Positions 15,372-26,996 of a DNA stretch of 64,000 nt are shown piece by piece. Positions within the stretch are counted from its first letter, which is position 1, and every line of letters begins with the position of its first letter. Made by a program: the position numbers and the translations under genes. The notes under the pieces are model-generated. The model was not told the DNA's origin and ran no database searches. It saw only the letters and a program-made list of their open reading frames with translations. The DNA is taken from the sequence record OR532817.1; one strand, written 5' to 3'.

Positions 15372-15608
15372 ATGAAATTTTTTTTAAGGTCATATGATAT
15401 GTTGACAGATACTAATAAAAAGATGTTTATTCAAATAGGTTTTTTTACTCTTCAAGATATCATTGATAAGGCACATGAAAAATGGCCTAATGTAAAACTT
15501 GAAGATATTCATATTGAAATAGAATGTATAGAAGAAAATAATACTTCATATCATGGTCTGAAAAACGTAAAAGTTTGCACTGAATATTACGTATTAAGTA
15601 TTGAATAA
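15372..15608 (+). CDS. hypothetical protein
   Basis: ORF directly after promoter at 15341..15369. Confidence 0.55.
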   Translation: MKFFLRSYDMLTDTNKKMFIQIGFFTLQDIIDKAHEKWPNVKLEDIHIEIECIEENNTSYHGLKNVKVCTEYYVLSIE

Positions 15609-15635
15609 TTCAGTACTGTATAATTGACTTACTAC

Positions 15636-15709
15636 GTCCCCTTAGTTCAGTTGGATAGAACAACTGCCTTCTAAGCAGTAGGTCACTGGTTCGAGTCCAG
15701 TAGGGGATA
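15636..15709 (+). tRNA. tRNA-Arg(UCU)
   Basis: Cloverleaf, CTGC-CTTCTAA-GCAG, TTCGAG T-loop; ACCA lies 2 nt downstream rather than directly after the discriminator. Confidence 0.9.
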
Positions 15710-15858
15710 TACCATACAATATGGGAATAGTTAGAAGATATTCCCAATTTTAATTTAAAAAAGTGTTGAACAAAAAGTTCAATAATGATATAATGGTATT
15801 ATAAAAGGTTGTAATACTTAATATTAACTTTTAAGAAGATAATTAGTTATCATACACA

Positions 15859-15950
<92 letters not shown>

Positions 15951-16008
15951 TAAAATTCAATTAAAAAAGTGTTGAACAAAAAGTTCAATGCTGATATAAT
16001 AAAAGAAT

Positions 16009-16099
<91 letters not shown>

Positions 16100-16107
16100 G
16101 ATTTTAT

Positions 16108-16157
16108 GGATAGTTATAAAGTTGAATTAACAGCGACACTTAAAATTGTCACTATCC
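16108..16157 (+). ncRNA. 50-nt D-armless tRNA-like RNA, copy 3
   Basis: GGATAGT/ACTATCC; GTTG-AATTAA-CAGC; GACA-CTTAAAAT-TGTC. Confidence 0.7.
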
Positions 16158-16217
16158 AAATTTTAATTTAAATAGTACTTGACAAAAATGTTCAGTACTG
16201 ATACAATAAAGAATATT

Positions 16218-16528
16218 GGCCCCTTAGCTCACGCTTTGGTTAGAGCAGACGACTCATCGATAAATGGTGACTTTCACAAGTAATTGTGATTGAAAAACTG
16301 GATGAATTCAGGGAAACCTTAACACATAATGGTGATGGCAATCCTGAGCCAAGCCCAATAAGCGTATTGGGAAGGTGCAGAGACTAGGTGGTTCAGCACG
16401 ATCTTGCTGTGTAATACACCAATAGCGTCCGGCATCCTTATAGGATGATGATATAGTCCTTTCTATAATGAAAATTATAGGTAAAAAGAATCGTTTGGTA
16501 CTGTGTTCGACTCACAGAGGGGCCACCA
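16218..16528 (+). tRNA. tRNA-Ile2(CAU), intron-containing (exons 16218..16257 and 16489..16528)
   Basis: Joined exons give GGCCCCTTAGCTC...GACGA-CTCATAA-TCGTT...AGGGGCCACCA, closely resembling E. coli ileX. Confidence 0.9.
16258..16488 (+). mobile_element. group I intron (IC3-like), 231 nt, no ORF
   Basis: Core AATTCAGGGAAAC, AATCCTGAGCCAA, GTGCAGAGACT, GATATAGTCC; 5' exon ends in U, intron ends in G; GUGA can pair with exon UCAU giving the U.G splice-site wobble. Confidence 0.92.
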
Positions 16529-16532
16529 CACA

Positions 16533-16606
16533 TTGTACTCTTCTCCCGTAAGGAGAATGACAAAAAGCTATCCGAAAGATAGAAAGCCTGAATTAACAGG
16601 GTGCAA
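16533..16606 (+). ncRNA. candidate 74-nt four-way-junction RNA
   Basis: TTGTAC/GTGCAA closing; TTCTCC/GGAGAA, CTATC/GATAG and CCTG-AATTAA-CAGG hairpins. Confidence 0.55.
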
Positions 16607-16618
16607 TTAAAATACATT

Positions 16619-16693
16619 GGTTCGTTGGCCTATTGGTCGGCCAGCAAACTGTTAATTTGCCTCAAACTAGTTCAATTCTAGTACGAACCGCCA
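16619..16693 (+). tRNA. tRNA-Asn(GUU)
   Basis: GGTTCGT/ACGAACC, GCAAA-CTGTTAA-TTTGC, encoded CCA. Confidence 0.9.
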
Positions 16694-16737
16694 TTTTTAA
16701 TCCGAATGAACTGTAGTTCGATAAATAACATTAATAT

Positions 16738-17307
16738 ATGTTATTAAAGGACTACATTTTCATGGGAAGAAAACAATCAGAAGAAACAAAAAATAGAATT
16801 TCACAAGCTTTAAAAAATAAATCAATATCTCTTCCAGTCGAAGAAGTTATTGAAAAATATAAAAGTGGAATATCTATTGTAAAATTATCACAGTACTATA
16901 AATGCAGTAAGTCAAAAATAAGTTCTATACTAAACGATAATAATATAAAATCAAATAGAATTTTAAATAAGAACAAGTTATGTGATAAACATAACATTGA
17001 ACATATACAACAACCAAATGGCAAATGGGTATGTTCACAATGTAATACTGAAAGAGTTTCTGAAAGACGTAGACAATTAAAAATCTTGGCAGTAGAATAT
17101 AAAGGTGGATGTTGTGAAAAATGTGGATATAATAAATGCATAGCTGCGTTAGAATTTCATCACTTAGATCCTTCACAAAAAGATTTTTCTATTAGTAAAG
17201 AAGGAGTCACTCGTTCTTTTGATAAAATTAAAACAGAACTTGATAAATGTATTATGGTTTGTGCTAATTGTCATCGTGAAATTCATGATGATGAAAGAAA
17301 AGAATAA
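16738..17307 (+). CDS. HNH homing endonuclease with N-terminal NUMOD3-like/HTH segment
   Basis: RKQSEETKNRIS; CEKCG...LEFHHLDP...CANCHREIH. Confidence 0.85.
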   Translation: MLLKDYIFMGRKQSEETKNRISQALKNKSISLPVEEVIEKYKSGISIVKLSQYYKCSKSKISSILNDNNIKSNRILNKNKLCDKHNIEHIQQPNGKWVCSQCNTERVSERRRQLKILAVEYKGGCCEKCGYNKCIAALEFHHLDPSQKDFSISKEGVTRSFDKIKTELDKCIMVCANCHREIHDDERKE

Positions 17308-17308
17308 T

Positions 17309-17503
<195 letters not shown>

Positions 17504-17529
17504 AATTAATTTAAATGGAGTACTGAATA

Positions 17530-17935
17530 ATGTCCAAATATGTTAATCGACAAAAACGAAAAGCACGTTCCAAGGATGAAATTCTTCAATTGATTCAAGA
17601 AAATAAAAAAGATGTAGTGATTGATGAATATATTTTTCAGTATGGTAATCAACGAGGAATGGTACAAGAAAGTAATGGTAAGTATCATTCTGAGCATTAC
17701 GATCTTATTAAAAGAATTCTATTGAAATAAGGAGAATTACATGTTTTGGAATCTAGTTTGTTTATTTGGTCGTACATTTGTATTAGCTGTTATTCATTCT
17801 CCTGGTATTAAAAACTTTGTTTCATACGAATTCAAAGAATCGTATCACAATAATACTGAAAAGCGTTCAGTTCAAATGTGCAAAGACTTTGGCATTGAGA
17901 TGAAAGAGCCATTCAAAAAATATAGTGATGAATAA
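17530..17935 (+). other. two small hypothetical CDS (17530..17730, 17741..17935)
   Basis: GGAG RBS before each. Confidence 0.55.
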
Positions 17936-18097
17936 AGAAAGTAATCAATAATACCTATCATCTAATATCAGTACTGATGCGTATCAGCAGATGGCTTGAT
18001 GGGCAGTACTGACAGGATACATCGTTCGCCGGGTGCGGGTTCGGTGGATATACGTAAAGTCGTATTGGGTATGCCAAATATAATAATAAAAATATGT

Positions 18098-18176
18098 AAT
18101 AATGTGATAGCTCAAATAGGTAGAGCGGGAGGCCATAGTGCTGACTGGTTTGTGAGTTCAATTCTCACCCATTATT
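18098..18176 (+). pseudogene. degenerate tRNA (possible CAU anticodon)
   Basis: Intact D arm GCTC/GAGC and T arm GTGAG-TTCAATT-CTCAC; irregular acceptor and anticodon stems; no CCA. Confidence 0.55.
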
Positions 18177-18187
18177 AATAAAATTGT

Positions 18188-18218
18188 AAGCTACCCTGTT
18201 ATTTGGGTAGCTTTTTTC
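18188..18218 (+). terminator. intrinsic terminator at end of tRNA island
   Basis: AAGCTACCC/GGGTAGCTT + T-run. Confidence 0.7.
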
Positions 18219-18658
18219 TTTTTATAACAAGAGAGATTATCATGAGTAATGTTACTTTACTGAATATTTTACAAGAATGCTATGAAAAACTTGAAAATTC
18301 CAATCCAAGTGTCATATTCAACTCATCATTTGATAATTATTCTACTATAAATTATAGAGTAAAAATTTTAGTATATAATCACTTTGATTTATCATCATTA
18401 AGTGATTGTAGTAACATTTACTTGCACATTAGTGATTATGATGGTGTGGGTGAATATACTATGTCGATTGATATTTACAAAGGATATTTCTATTATAAAA
18501 ACAAAAAATTTGACAATTTTGAAAATTTATTCCCGTTGACTGAAGATACAATGTTTCAGTACTCAACTCTTTATGACACATCCTCCTTGACAATGGATGA
18601 GTTAAATTTTATAATGTCTATTAGTTTGGATATTCCAATTTATGAAGCAGCATTATAA
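18203..18658 (+). CDS. hypothetical protein, FQxS-motif family
   Basis: EDTMFQYSTLYD; probable start ATG 18242. Confidence 0.65.
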   Translation: MGSFFLFITREIIMSNVTLLNILQECYEKLENSNPSVIFNSSFDNYSTINYRVKILVYNHFDLSSLSDCSNIYLHISDYDGVGEYTMSIDIYKGYFYYKNKKFDNFENLFPLTEDTMFQYSTLYDTSSLTMDELNFIMSISLDIPIYEAAL

Positions 18659-18675
18659 AATCTTGGAGCATTTTT

Positions 18676-18834
18676 ATGAAAATTAAGTGTTGTGTATGTG
18701 ATTGTGAAATTGATGAAAAGCATGTATATGGCGAATGGGATGATTACTGCTCCGATTGCTGGGAATCTGAAGGACGTGATGCAGAACGATGGGAAGATGA
18801 GAGTGAGTGGGATGAGGATGAGGATGAAGAATAA
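18676..18834 (+). CDS. 52-aa very acidic Cys-rich microprotein (not in ORF track)
   Basis: GGAG RBS; MKIKCCVCDC...YCSDCW...WDEDEDEE; 23/52 Asp/Glu. Confidence 0.65.
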   Translation: MKIKCCVCDCEIDEKHVYGEWDDYCSDCWESEGRDAERWEDESEWDEDEDEE

Positions 18835-18930
18835 ACGTATGTTTAAAGTACTGTTTCTTCATGCGTTTTAATTTATAGAGGCTGATTCATTGAATCGGCC
18901 ATTTTCTTTGTTAAAAAAAGAGATAAAAAT

Positions 18931-20118
18931 ATGAAAAAATTTCTTTCAAAAGAACACGAAGAAAATATTCTTAATGCATTGAGTGTATTTCCAGAGAGTG
19001 TTATAAGTAATAATAAGAATTCTACATATTATTATGGTAAAGGTAATTGGTTTTATTTTAGCGACAGTTCATATATGTGTGTATTAAATCTATGTACTGA
19101 AGAATATTCTTATTGTTTGAGGATCGATCCTCGTTATAAATTAATCCTACTATGCGAAAAGAATGATGAATTTTATGAAAGTGAGATAGATGATACCGAT
19201 TCATATATTAGTAATTTTTATCTCGAAGAAGATGTTTATTTTATGGATAGTACTGTGAATGAAATTACTATTCCTTTTAGTATAATGAAACGTTCACATG
19301 AATTTCTAAAATACAGCAGAGAAAAATTTCATGACTGATATAAATGAAGTTATCGAGCATTTTTATAATTGGGTACTAACGGATCCAATAAAAACTGGAT
19401 TAATTGAAAAATATAACTGCTCTATGTATTCTTATTGTTCAAATAAAGCTACGATGTATAGTAAGGATGTTGATAATTATTTACTAATCTCTGACGATGT
19501 AGTTTATGATGTATTTGACAATGAAATTGTCATTGATGGTGGTGATGTTGATATTGTAAAATTACATGATATGGATTTCTCATGTACTGAATCAGCGGCG
19601 TTTCAATTAAGCACATTATATGATTTCCGATGCAGTACTGAAAGTATTGTATTATTATTGAAAATAGTACATATTTTAAGAAAAAAGAGAATGGTATTAT
19701 AATGGTGGAATTTAATGTTCAAGATTTTTATGATTTTGTAATGAAAGCCGAAAAGAATAATCGTACATATATTAAAACAATTGGGGATAATATACATGAA
19801 CACTTCTGTTATTCTTTAACGGAGGGAATGTCTGCATTTACAAATTCAACCATGGATAATGTATTATATAATTTATTAATGCATAATTGTCAGTATGTAT
19901 TTGATATTTACAGTGATCAAATAATTTATAAAATTATATTTTTTGATAAAAAACAAATTGAAAATACAATTAATTTGGATTGTTATGATTCTGAATCAAA
20001 AGAAGGATTTGCTTTTCAGTTATCAGTTTCATATGATTTCCCATTTAGTACTGAAGATTATATTTTAATGTTAAAGATTGTTGATAAATTAAGACTAAAC
20101 GAAAGGAATTTCAAATGA
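18931..20118 (+). other. three tandem FQxS-motif family CDS (18931..19338, 19331..19702, 19702..20118)
   Basis: EDVYFMDSTV; ESAAFQLSTLYD; EGFAFQLSVSYD. Confidence 0.65.
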
Positions 20119-21678
20119 ACATTACTAGTGTTAAACTAATTTTTGAAAACTGTGAAGCAATAGACATTCCTTTTAATGATGTATTGTTTTTGCATATAGG
20201 GAAAGAATACAAAAAAACACATAGAACTTTTAATTCTTTGTCTATAGAAACAGTTTTAAAAGAATTTGCTATTGCACTTAATAAGGATATTGAATGTAAT
20301 TTCTGGAATAACCAGAGCATCGAAGAAAGACTTGCTATGCGTGATATAACATGGGTAGAACTGTGCAATAATAATGAGAAAGTATCATATTATATTGAAT
20401 GGCCTGAATACGATGAACATTATAGTACTGCACAACGTTTGCAGTACACACCAGATGGTAATTTAATTTTCACCAGTTCTACTCAATCATTCATCAAAAT
20501 CGAAACTGATGATATCGATCATATTGCTAAATCAATTGGGATATACGGACATGAAAAATGATAACGATGGGGATTTTATAAAAATTCATTTAAAAAGAAC
20601 CTGGACAAATGTTTCATCAGGTGATATAATGAACGTAGAATATAGCACAGAAAAGATTTTAGTTAAAAACCAACTTAATGCAAATGATGAAGCAAATGAT
20701 TTCATTGAAAGAAATGTTGGCGTTTATGTTCTTGATGGAATAGAATATAAAACTGAACTCATCGAAAAAGATGTTATGCAAGATAAACAGGTCTTTTTAA
20801 CTAAAGAACAAATGTTCGATTTTATTCTCAATAATACCGTGACGATCATTCCAGATAACACCATCTGGACTGATGAAGATGGAAATAAAGTCAAAAAGAA
20901 ATATACGGTATCGATTAATTCAACATCAATGTGTGGGTTTGACTTAGAAGATGCTATTAATTACTACGTAAACAATAGGAGTTCAATGAAATGATATTCA
21001 TCATTGTAGCAGTTATTTGTTGTGTTACGGTTATTATCTGTAAATCAATTCAGGTAAAAAGTTATCATAAAGCACTGGAGATGGAAAAGAATTTATATAG
21101 TACTGAAATTCTTTGTGAAGACCCTAATGCGAAAAAATCACCATATTCACTAACAAGAGAACTCCATGTAGAATCAGAAACATGGGGATGGACTGTAAAC
21201 AGAAACGGTGAAAAAGTCAAAAGTTCAAATGGTTATTATCAAATTCTCAACTTAGATAAAGCACAAGAACTGATGAATACTATGGAAAAAATTGATGGAT
21301 ACAAAATAACCAAATTTTAATCCAGGAGAAAATATATATATGGATATTAGTAGTACTATAAAATTCTTGGCAGAGAATTTTGAAAAGATTATCACAAGGG
21401 GTGGTTTAATAGTTCACCCCAATACGAATATTATGTATCAAATTAGGTTTGACACTCAGTCTTACGATCAAGTACTTGTATTTTCCAAGTTCAATGATTA
21501 TAAAGAAGTAGTGATGTTTTGTTGTACAGAATTTGGTGTATATATCAAAGATACTGAAACTCAAACAATTTCCCATTACTTTTACCATACATTAATGGGC
21601 ACTGATTTATTTGGTCTTAAATTTAATGATTTGGCTAATTTGCATTACATGTTCAAACACTATCCACACACTAACTAA
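20115..21678 (+). other. four hypothetical CDS (20115..20561, ~20551..20994, 20991..21320, 21340..21678)
   Basis: Coupled same-strand ORFs. Confidence 0.55.
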
Positions 21679-21687
21679 GGAAGTACA

Positions 21688-22524
21688 ATGAAAAATATTA
21701 TTTTTAAAAACATTGCGTTTGTAAAAGATCTATACACTGGTGCATATGTATCTGGTAATAAACTAATTATCTCTGCTGGTAATGATTATGAAGTGCAATT
21801 TGAGTCCAGTGATAAGGCATTTGAAGGTTTAACTGAACTAGATAGTCTGTTGAATGCAGAAGAACATACCAAATCACCAAAAGCAAATACTGTTTCTGAT
21901 GAAATTACTTCTCTCTTGAACGGTATTAAAAACGGTTCAGTACTGAATACTATTAACGGCATTAATGATAAACTTCGTAATAAAGTAAGTTCATTTAAAA
22001 ACGATGCACAAGAAAAAGCAATGGAAATCGCATTTGAAAAACTATTTAAAGAAGGTTCACTTGCTATCGATAAAGCTATTTCTGATCTGGACAACGCTTT
22101 CAACGTTCTGTTCCCTGAAGATGAAACAGAAACACCAAAACAACAAAATACAACTAGCACAAAACCCACTGAAAGCACTGAAAGCACAGAAAATGTTAAA
22201 TCCAAAAAATTTAACATTGATGATATTTTTAGTACTCTAAATGTTGGTCAGGATCAAAGTGTACTAACTTTTGATAAAATCATGGCTTCTGATAAGATCA
22301 TTGATGATATGACAAGTACTGAACTTCGTCGTATTATTGAGATTTTCATTGATGAAATTGTGAATTCCGAAAAAGGTAAAGAGATGATTGATTCAATCAA
22401 AACCAATTTTGGTACAGCAGAAGTTGATGCCGCGATCCAGAAAATCAAAGATACTGCATATCAGGTTTGTATTGAAAATTCAAATCTAACATTTGCTGAT
22501 GTGATGCAAAAATACTTCTTTTAA
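21688..22524 (+). CDS. hypothetical helical protein with low-complexity linker
   Basis: 278 aa, followed by terminator AAAGCCTCC/GGAGGCTTT (22547..22572). Confidence 0.7.
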   Translation: MKNIIFKNIAFVKDLYTGAYVSGNKLIISAGNDYEVQFESSDKAFEGLTELDSLLNAEEHTKSPKANTVSDEITSLLNGIKNGSVLNTINGINDKLRNKVSSFKNDAQEKAMEIAFEKLFKEGSLAIDKAISDLDNAFNVLFPEDETETPKQQNTTSTKPTESTESTENVKSKKFNIDDIFSTLNVGQDQSVLTFDKIMASDKIIDDMTSTELRRIIEIFIDEIVNSEKGKEMIDSIKTNFGTAEVDAAIQKIKDTAYQVCIENSNLTFADVMQKYFF

Positions 22525-22662
22525 TGTATAAAATTTGATATAATAAAAGCCTCCCTTCGTGGAGGCTTTTTTCGTTCTTTTTTAATTTAAATTGAGTCTT
22601 GACAAATAATACATTTTTATGTATAATAATCCTAATAATTAGAAAAGTATCAGGTGTGATTT

Positions 22663-23247
22663 ATGTTAAGTACTTTTAAGCGAGTCTATTTAAGAAACAA
22701 CAAAATGCAAGTTCGTTTACACAAAGACGAAGCCGATTCGTTTATGGCTAAAGCTATTGTTAAATCTGAATTGTACAAACGCCTTTCACCAAAAGAAAGC
22801 TCGCCATATGGATTTAATCACCCGCACAGCCATTATGTTGGATTGGTGTGTGAACACGCTGCTTATGTGTTGTTCACGGAACTGGAAGAAATGACTGGCA
22901 TCAAATACGATATCGATCCAGCATTCCAGAATAGTAAAAGAGATGGTGAATGTGATTTAATTGTTAACAATCTACGTATAGAAGTGAAGGGTATTAAGTA
23001 CAAATCATGGACTAATTATGGTCCGTGTATCAGTACAAGACAATTAAAGAATATTGAGAAAAAAGCAGATATCATTCTGTGGGTTTTGTATAATGAAAAA
23101 CGTCATGAATTTTCGTTTGAAGGTTTTAATTATGTAAAAGATGTACATACTGTACCAGTTAAAATTACTGGTGCTAAAGGTAAACCACAAATTAAAAATC
23201 ATCCAGTTATTGATATTATTAAACCATTACAGGAATTACCAATATGA
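22663..23247 (+). CDS. putative PD-(D/E)XK nuclease
   Basis: GLVCEHAA ... CDLIVNNLRIEVKG; own promoter TTGACA..TATAAT at ~22599-22627. Confidence 0.6.
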   Translation: MLSTFKRVYLRNNKMQVRLHKDEADSFMAKAIVKSELYKRLSPKESSPYGFNHPHSHYVGLVCEHAAYVLFTELEEMTGIKYDIDPAFQNSKRDGECDLIVNNLRIEVKGIKYKSWTNYGPCISTRQLKNIEKKADIILWVLYNEKRHEFSFEGFNYVKDVHTVPVKITGAKGKPQIKNHPVIDIIKPLQELPI

Positions 23248-26200
23248 TCAAATGTAATATCGTAGTGTATAATTATGAGATTAATTCACGCGATGGAAGT
23301 GAAGAATTAGTGAATTCATATTTAGAATATGTAGTTAATTTTCCAGTACTGCCAGCGATTGGTTCTGAATTGAAAATTTATACATACAATGAAAAAGTAT
23401 ATGTAGTACTGGATATCGAATACAGAACACGTATTATGGACTGTCATAATGTTGACAATCCAAGTACTATGGAAATTAATATCATTGTTAAGGAAGTATA
23501 ATGAACCAACAATACATGATTAAAGTGGTTTTATACAAAAATGATAATCAGAGAACTAAAATTTGTTCTTCTTATGTTCAGTCATTACCAAGAACAGGAG
23601 AACTTATTACAGTACTTAATGATAAATTCATTGTTGAACAGATTGAACACACACTGTATCCAATTAGTACAACCGATACTGTTTCGTGGAATATGAATCA
23701 ACATTCTGAATCTGGTATTGCTATTATTTGTACAAAAACATAAGGTACCACATATGATGTATTTTATATTTCTGTACTTAATATGTCACCTTGTTATTGT
23801 TACTATTATGGACAGACATTCACACTTTGGATATAGTTATAAAGTTGCTAAGATTTATGGTTTTAAATCTTATTTTGTTGCACTATTTTATAGTTATATA
23901 CTCGATCCAAAGTATATGATATTGTCTCTTATACTACAAAAAGAAGCAAACATTGATACTATTTCTAAAATAGAATTCGTATGTAGACGATTTCTTAATT
24001 CAGATGATAAATGTTCAGTTAAATTTCATTCGGATAAAGTTATTTTTGTATATAACAACGTATTCACTTGTGGTATTGAATTAAATCAGGTATTAGGTAT
24101 AGTTGATATTTCATGGAATCATAACGTCATTATGCATCCAAGAACTATCAAGCTAATAGAAGCATGTAAAATAAAAGTTGACAGTGACACAAAGAGATGA
24201 TATTATATAGAATAAACATATTAAAGAGGTGTATATGGATGCTTTAGCTACTCTATTCAAACTGAATACTTCAGAAAAAGAAGGTTATTTGAGTATCAGT
24301 GATCTTGAAAATACAAGTGAATATATTTTCAAAAATACAATCAAAATTAAAGCGAATAAGGATAAAAGCAATACACATTTCACAAAATGGATTGCTTATT
24401 GGGAGGGTGTTGATTTCGCAGTTGAAATGACAGTTCTACCAAAAGTATTAAGTACCGGATTTGTTAAAGTTGTTATTATTGATAAAAATCTTCGACCAAT
24501 TTCAGAAATTGGTGAATACCCGGTTAAGGGTACTAAAGTTTTTGGTACAATGATCAATAATAAGTTCATGATCGAAAAAACAAAAACTCAATACATCAAT
24601 CAGGTTATTTCTGAATTCGAGAACAAACCTAAACCAAAAACTAAATCAGAAACCAATGAAGAATATGTTAATAAAATTAAAGAAGCATGGGGATTGAAAT
24701 AATGTTAACTTTAAAAAATCTAAAGTACTTAATTATGATTAGTATTATCCTATTCATCTCCAATGTACCTATGGATATTTTTAAATTTGGTGACACACGA
24801 TTGGGTGCATTCATTGGTGTATATAGTTTAATATTCTGCATCATAACATTTGTGGTTGCGTTTGTTATGTTCATTGAAGATATGTATGATGATAAAGACT
24901 TTTATTTCGAATTTCTCGGAAAAGATAGTTATTCATTTATCTGGACATTCTCTATTTTACCAGCATTAATTTATGCATTCTTTATCGCAGAGAATGGTAT
25001 CATTTATGGAGTTATGGGTATCTTCTTATTTCTCTTCTGGGAAAGAATCAGAACTATTCAAAACCGATATGCCCAAGAATATCGTGATGAAGAACTAAAA
25101 AATGAAGCAATGCGTAAGAACTATCCACCCGAAGAGGTAGAAATTAAATGAGTACTTATTTGAAAATTACACTATTTGTTTTTATTGTATTTCTTATTCA
25201 GTTATATGGTATTCTTGTACATAACTACAATTTACCTTCATTTCTGAATGAATCTTGGTATATTGGTTCTTTTTGGGTTGCTGGAGCATTGGGTGTACTT
25301 GGGGTAATTCTGTCAATTGCAATAATCAGTACTACAGATAACGATGCAGATAAAGAGACTACTATTAAAATGTTCGGATTTGATGAACTTAGTCCGTGGA
25401 TTTATAGTAGACCATTCCTTTTATTGGCTATCGTATTTGTACAGCTAGGTTCTCTATGGGTTGCTGTTTTCTGTTTTAGTGTGTGGTCTTACCAGACTCT
25501 TCAGATTGGTGAACACCGCGACTATTTGATTGAAAAGCTAACAAAAGAGGCAGAAAAAGGCACCAAAAATCATTAATCATTGACAAGCGTGCCTCACATG
25601 AGGTAATATCATTACCTCATTTTAATTCAAAAGAAGGAATGCAACCATGAAAGATATTCTCATTGCAGTTGATGGTAGTGCTAAAACAATATCAAAAGGT
25701 ATGCGTCTCTCCGTAGCCAAAACCCTTAGTAATGTATGCCCTGATTCTAAAATTTTATTTTGTCAAATTACAGACAAAAATATTATCGAATTAGATATTG
25801 ATTTATTCTTTAAGTATGATCATCTTTTGTGTGGCACAAAAGCAAATATTGATCTGATATATTTAATTGATGATTTTGATCATAAATTCCTTATCACAGA
25901 TAACAGTAATATTGAAAGTTCTGAAAACCTCAATGTAGTACTTTACTAATCAACTGGAGATGTATTATAATGCAAAAACTCAATGCATGGGTAGAGAATA
26001 CCAGGATTTATCCACCTTCTGAAATGTTTTATCAGGCTGATTCAAAACAAGCAAAGGCCGAGAAACGCATTGTAAGCATCTGTGAAGAGCTTTATGTTTT
26101 TACCTGTACTACCCTAAGCGATATGAGAGCGGCCTACACAGAGCTTTCTATGGCGGTTAAAATGGGTATTTCGGATATGCGTCAGGTTTATGTTGAAGAA

Positions 26201-26425
26201 ATTTGTGGAAAGACTGCATTTCATATTGATAATGCAGTAAAAGCATTAGACACTATGCATAAACGAGATCCACTTCTACAGGCTTATTATAAAGAATGGT
26301 CATGTAAATCAAAGGATTTAAAAGATGAAATTAAATCCACATTAATCAATGCTTTTCCTGATGTTGACAAATCTTTACTTTTATCAAACTTACAGTACTG
26401 GTACGATAAAGAGAGTGAAAAATGA
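23244..26425 (+). other. hypothetical CDS run incl. paralog pair 23244..23501/23501..23743 and membrane proteins 24702..25151, 25148..25576
   Basis: Shared LP..GE/S(L)I motif in the pair; multiple hydrophobic helices in the membrane proteins. Confidence 0.55.
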
Positions 26426-26934
26426 CAACTGTTTACATCGATAAACGTTGTGGATTAGCAATGACAGATTCAAGAGTTACATCTACAATAGAACGTGCTT
26501 TTCTTGGTATCTTTCCATTGCAATCAAAAAATCAATACAATAAAGTACTACAAAAATCAATGTACATCCACGACCGATTATTTTTAAGTTGTGGTACAGT
26601 ATCTGAGATTAACAAGGTACTAAGGTATTTGGTTGAACAAAAACCAATAGTACCAAGTAGAAAAGATGGATGCCACTGTCTTTTACTTGATAAAGAGTAT
26701 TGTATTAATTTTGTAATTCACAATGGTGTACTGAAAAAGTTTGTACAATTCATTGATAAAAATTATGTATTCAGTATGGGTAGTGGTTCTTCTCATATGA
26801 GAAATACCTTTAATGATATCGGTTCATTAAAATTAAATAATATGTCATTATCGGAATACGTTATTGATGAATTCAGTAAAGTATCAGAAAAAGATATATA
26901 TACTGATAATAATATTAATTTATACAAAATTTGA
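26422..26934 (+). CDS. HslV/proteasome-beta-like Ntn peptidase
   Basis: N-terminal (M)TT, A.TDSRVT, later SMGSGS. Confidence 0.6.
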   Translation: MTTVYIDKRCGLAMTDSRVTSTIERAFLGIFPLQSKNQYNKVLQKSMYIHDRLFLSCGTVSEINKVLRYLVEQKPIVPSRKDGCHCLLLDKEYCINFVIHNGVLKKFVQFIDKNYVFSMGSGSSHMRNTFNDIGSLKLNNMSLSEYVIDEFSKVSEKDIYTDNNINLYKI

Positions 26935-26996
26935 TTAATTTAAAGACCAAATTGAATTTGGTCTTTTTTGTTTTATTACTATAAAAAGGATGAATA

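Noticed and set aside
16529-16618. Theta (HDV-like) ribozyme after tRNA-Ile
   Set aside because: It folds as a simple junction of hairpins; no nested double pseudoknot is visible.
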